This document shows positions 61,403 through 64,000 of a stretch of DNA of 64,000 bases, one piece after another. Position 1 is the first letter of the stretch. Each line of letters starts with the position of its first letter. Both the position numbers and the translations under genes were made by a program. The stretch is from Octopus sinensis (Eukaryota): assembly GCF_006345805.1 (NCBI RefSeq), contig NC_042998.1:62124001-62188000 (forward strand), given 5' to 3'. The notes below the pieces were generated by a model. That model searched no databases. It worked only from the letters and a program-made list of their open reading frames with translations, and was not told where the DNA came from.

Positions 61403-61970
61403 GGTGCAAGCATGGCTATGTGGTAAGAAGTTTGCTTCCCAACCACATGGTTCTGGGTTCGGTCCCACTACGTAGCACCTTGGGTTCCTACTATAGTTGA
61501 CTAAAGCTTTGTGAGTGGATTTGGTAGATGAAAGTTGAAAGAAGCCTGTCATCATCATCATCATCATTGTTTAACATCCACTCTCCATGCTGGCATGGGT
61601 TGGATGGTTTGACTGGGGACTGGTGAGCCAGATGGTGCACCAGGCTCCAATCTGATCTGGTAGAGTTTCTACAGCTGGATGCCCTTCCTAACGCCAACCA
61701 CTCCAAGAGTGTAGTGGGTGATTTTACGTGCCACTGGCACGAGGGCCAGTTTGTGTTTTGTGTATGTGACCAATACTGGTGTCACACAAATGGCACCTCT
61801 GCCGGTAGCATGTAAAAGTACCTATTACACTCTCCAAGTGGTTGGCATTAGGAAGGGCATCCAACCACAGAAAACCATGTCAGTTTAGACTGGAGTCTGG
61901 TGCAGCCTTCCAGCTGCCCAGCCCCGGTCAAACTGTCCAACCCAGTTAAATGATGATCATGATGATCATG
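61403..61970. mobile_element. SINE family 1 head plus two adjacent, oppositely oriented RTE-tail copies
   Basis: SINE 61403-61550 (+), RTE tail about 61550-61760 (-), RTE tail about 61795-61965 (+). Confidence 0.8.
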
Positions 61971-62127
61971 ATGCTTATCTCCCTCCATTGCTTGACACCT
62001 GGTGTTGGTGTGTTCGATAGAAAAAAGAAAAAAACCCAACAGAATAAGTATCAGGCTTTTTGACAAAAACAGGGGTCAGTTTGTTCGATTAAAAATTCTT
62101 CAAGATTATTACTGTTTAATGACTTAA

Positions 62128-62347
62128 CCCTTTTGTTTCCAACCCAGCTGAAACCAGCTCTGGCTCTGTAGTACAAATGCCTTGTTTTCATAAGTTTTGA
62201 ATTAAAATCTCCCACCAAACCTTAGTCACAATTTATGTTCTAACACTAGCTGAATGACAACTGAGTTATTTTACTAAATTCTTTGTTATATTTAAAGTAA
62301 TTAAAAGAAATACAGAGCATCTCGAAATAAATACAGTAATGAAAGGG
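62128..62347. mobile_element. TTAA-flanked MITE, family A
   Basis: TTAA-cccttttgtttcc ... gtaatgaaaggg-TTAA. Confidence 0.83.
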
Positions 62348-62380
62348 TTAAAGCAAGAAAAATGATAGATCTCTTTCTTT

Positions 62381-62700
62381 TCTTTTTACTTGTTTCAGTC
62401 ATTTGACTGTGGCCATGTTGGAGCAAATCGATCCCAGGACTTATTCTTTGTAAGCCTAGTACTTATTCTATCTGTCTCTCTTTGCCGAACCACTAAGTTA
62501 CAGGGACGTAAGCACACCAGAATCGGTTGTCAAGCAATGTTGGGGGGAACAAACACAAACACACAAACATATACATATATATATATATACATGACGGGCT
62601 TCTTTCAGTTTCCATCTACCAAATCCACTCACAAGGCTTTGGTCGGCCTGTGGCTATAATAGAAGACACTTGCCATACAGTGGGACTGAACCCGGAACCA
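62381..62700 (-). mobile_element. tRNA-derived SINE, family 1 (head truncated)
   Basis: Body and tail recognisable. Confidence 0.85.
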
Positions 62701-63380
62701 TCTATTCACTTTAAACAATTACCCCACTGAAAAATTATTAAATGAAATAACTAATTGGCTAATTAATTAGTTGTTTGATTAATTGTTTGGTCAATCAATC
62801 AGCTGAGTTTGTCAAAGTCCTTTCATCACCATTCTTGACTTCTTGAATTACATGCCTTCGCTACTCCAAGTTTGTTTCAAGTCTGTCTCTTTGTTTTTAC
62901 TCTCTCACACGCACACATTCACACTCTTTCTCTCTCATACACCCTCCTGACATTCTCGTTCATATCCGTTCGACAATATAAATATTGGTTTCGAATTGTG
63001 GCACAAGGCCAGCAATTTCGGGAGAGTGACTAAGTTGGTTAGATTGATCCCCCAATATTCAACTGGTATTTTATCAACACTGAAAGGCTTAAAGGCAAAG
63101 TTGAACTTGGTGGAATTTGAATTCAGAACATAGAAACAGACAAAATGCTGTTAAGCATTTCCCCCAGTATGCTAATGATTCTTCCAGCTCATCGCCTTAA
63201 CAACAAATGAATATTGATCCCGCAAATTTAGAGAGAGAGAGAGAGGGGCAAACCTGAAGCAGATCTGGAATAGAGAGGGCATGTCATTGATGCAGTCACA
63301 AATGACAATGAAAGGACTTTGATAAATCTAGCTGATTGATTGATTGATTGACAGAATAATTAATCAAACAATCGATTAGT

Positions 63381-63771
63381 TACATTATTTATATTATTTA
63401 CATTTGATGGATATTTGTCCTCATCTTGTTTGTTGTTAACACATTTCAGCTGATATACCCTCCAGCCTTCATCAGGTGTCTTAGGAAAATTTAAAACCTG
63501 GGTTCTCATTCCTAAGGTATTTTTCGATGTTGTTGTTATTATTATTGTTGTTGTTATTATACAGGGTGACCTGAATAATAATAATAATAATAACATTGAA
63601 AAATACCTTAAGAAATAGAACCTAAGTTTGAAATTTCCCCAAGACACCTGATGAAGGCTGGAGTGTATATCAGCCGAGATGTTGTGTTAACAACAAACAA
63701 GATGAGGACAAATATCTGTCAAATGTAAATAATGTACATAATTCCTCATCTGTTAAATAAATATAGAACTG
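63381..63771. mobile_element. Inverted pair of Penelope-like LTRs with hammerhead motifs (63438-63480 minus, 63643-63688 plus)
   Basis: The arms are reverse complements around about 63565; plus copy reads GACAC-CTGATGA-A-GGCTG-gagtgtatat-CAGCC-GAGA-TGT-T-GTGTT. Confidence 0.8.
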
Positions 63772-63829
63772 CATTATCTAATTGATTAGTTAATTATTTA
63801 AATAGTTAACAATTGACAAATAAAAGTAA

Positions 63830-64000
63830 ATGAGAGACAACTGCACTGGTATGGTCATGTGGCGAGAATGGATGAGGATAGCTGTGAGAAAAAGTGCCAC
63901 ACCCTAGTGGTTGAGGGAACCTGTGGAAGAGGTAGTCCCAGAAAGACTTGGGATGAGATGGTGAAGCATGACTTTCAAACATTAGGCCTCATTGAGGCAA
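63830..64000 (+). pseudogene. RTE-LINE ORF2 C-terminal fragment (runs off the window)
   Basis: RQLHWYGHVARMDEDSCEKKCHTLVVEGTCGRGSPRKTWDEMVKHDFQTLGLIEA. Confidence 0.85.

Overview
AT-rich, repeat-dense eukaryotic genomic DNA. The SINE/LINE repertoire suggests a coleoid cephalopod, probably Octopus; this is an inference, not a database result. Host coding content is sparse: one intact intronless minus-strand ORF (16470-17162) encoding a multi-TM protein with a C-terminal RNF26/IAP-type RING finger, one convincing plus-strand start-codon exon (61078-61285) of an unidentified gene, and a few weak small-exon candidates. Most of the window is transposon-derived. It holds a complete 3.8-kb hAT element with a perfect 8-bp TSD and a transposase only two lesions from intact, a complete DD37D (maT) Tc1/mariner element, an ORF1-only L1/Tx1-like retroelement inserted in a SINE head with a 15-bp TSD, RTE and R4/Dong-like LINE fragments, hAT-type, TTAA-flanked and long-TIR MITEs, three tRNA-derived SINE families and many microsatellites. 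The most notable signal is a set of minimal hammerhead-ribozyme motifs from 3-4 Penelope-like repeat families. Several sit in fold-back palindromes, one copy is fused to tRNA-type Pol III heads pointing outward from a central hairpin, and the families differ in their palindromic helix III. Two CpG-retaining promoter-like regions (about 26 and 46 kb) are old duplicates of each other. All ribozyme activity, splicing and family assignments were read by eye and need computational or experimental confirmation.
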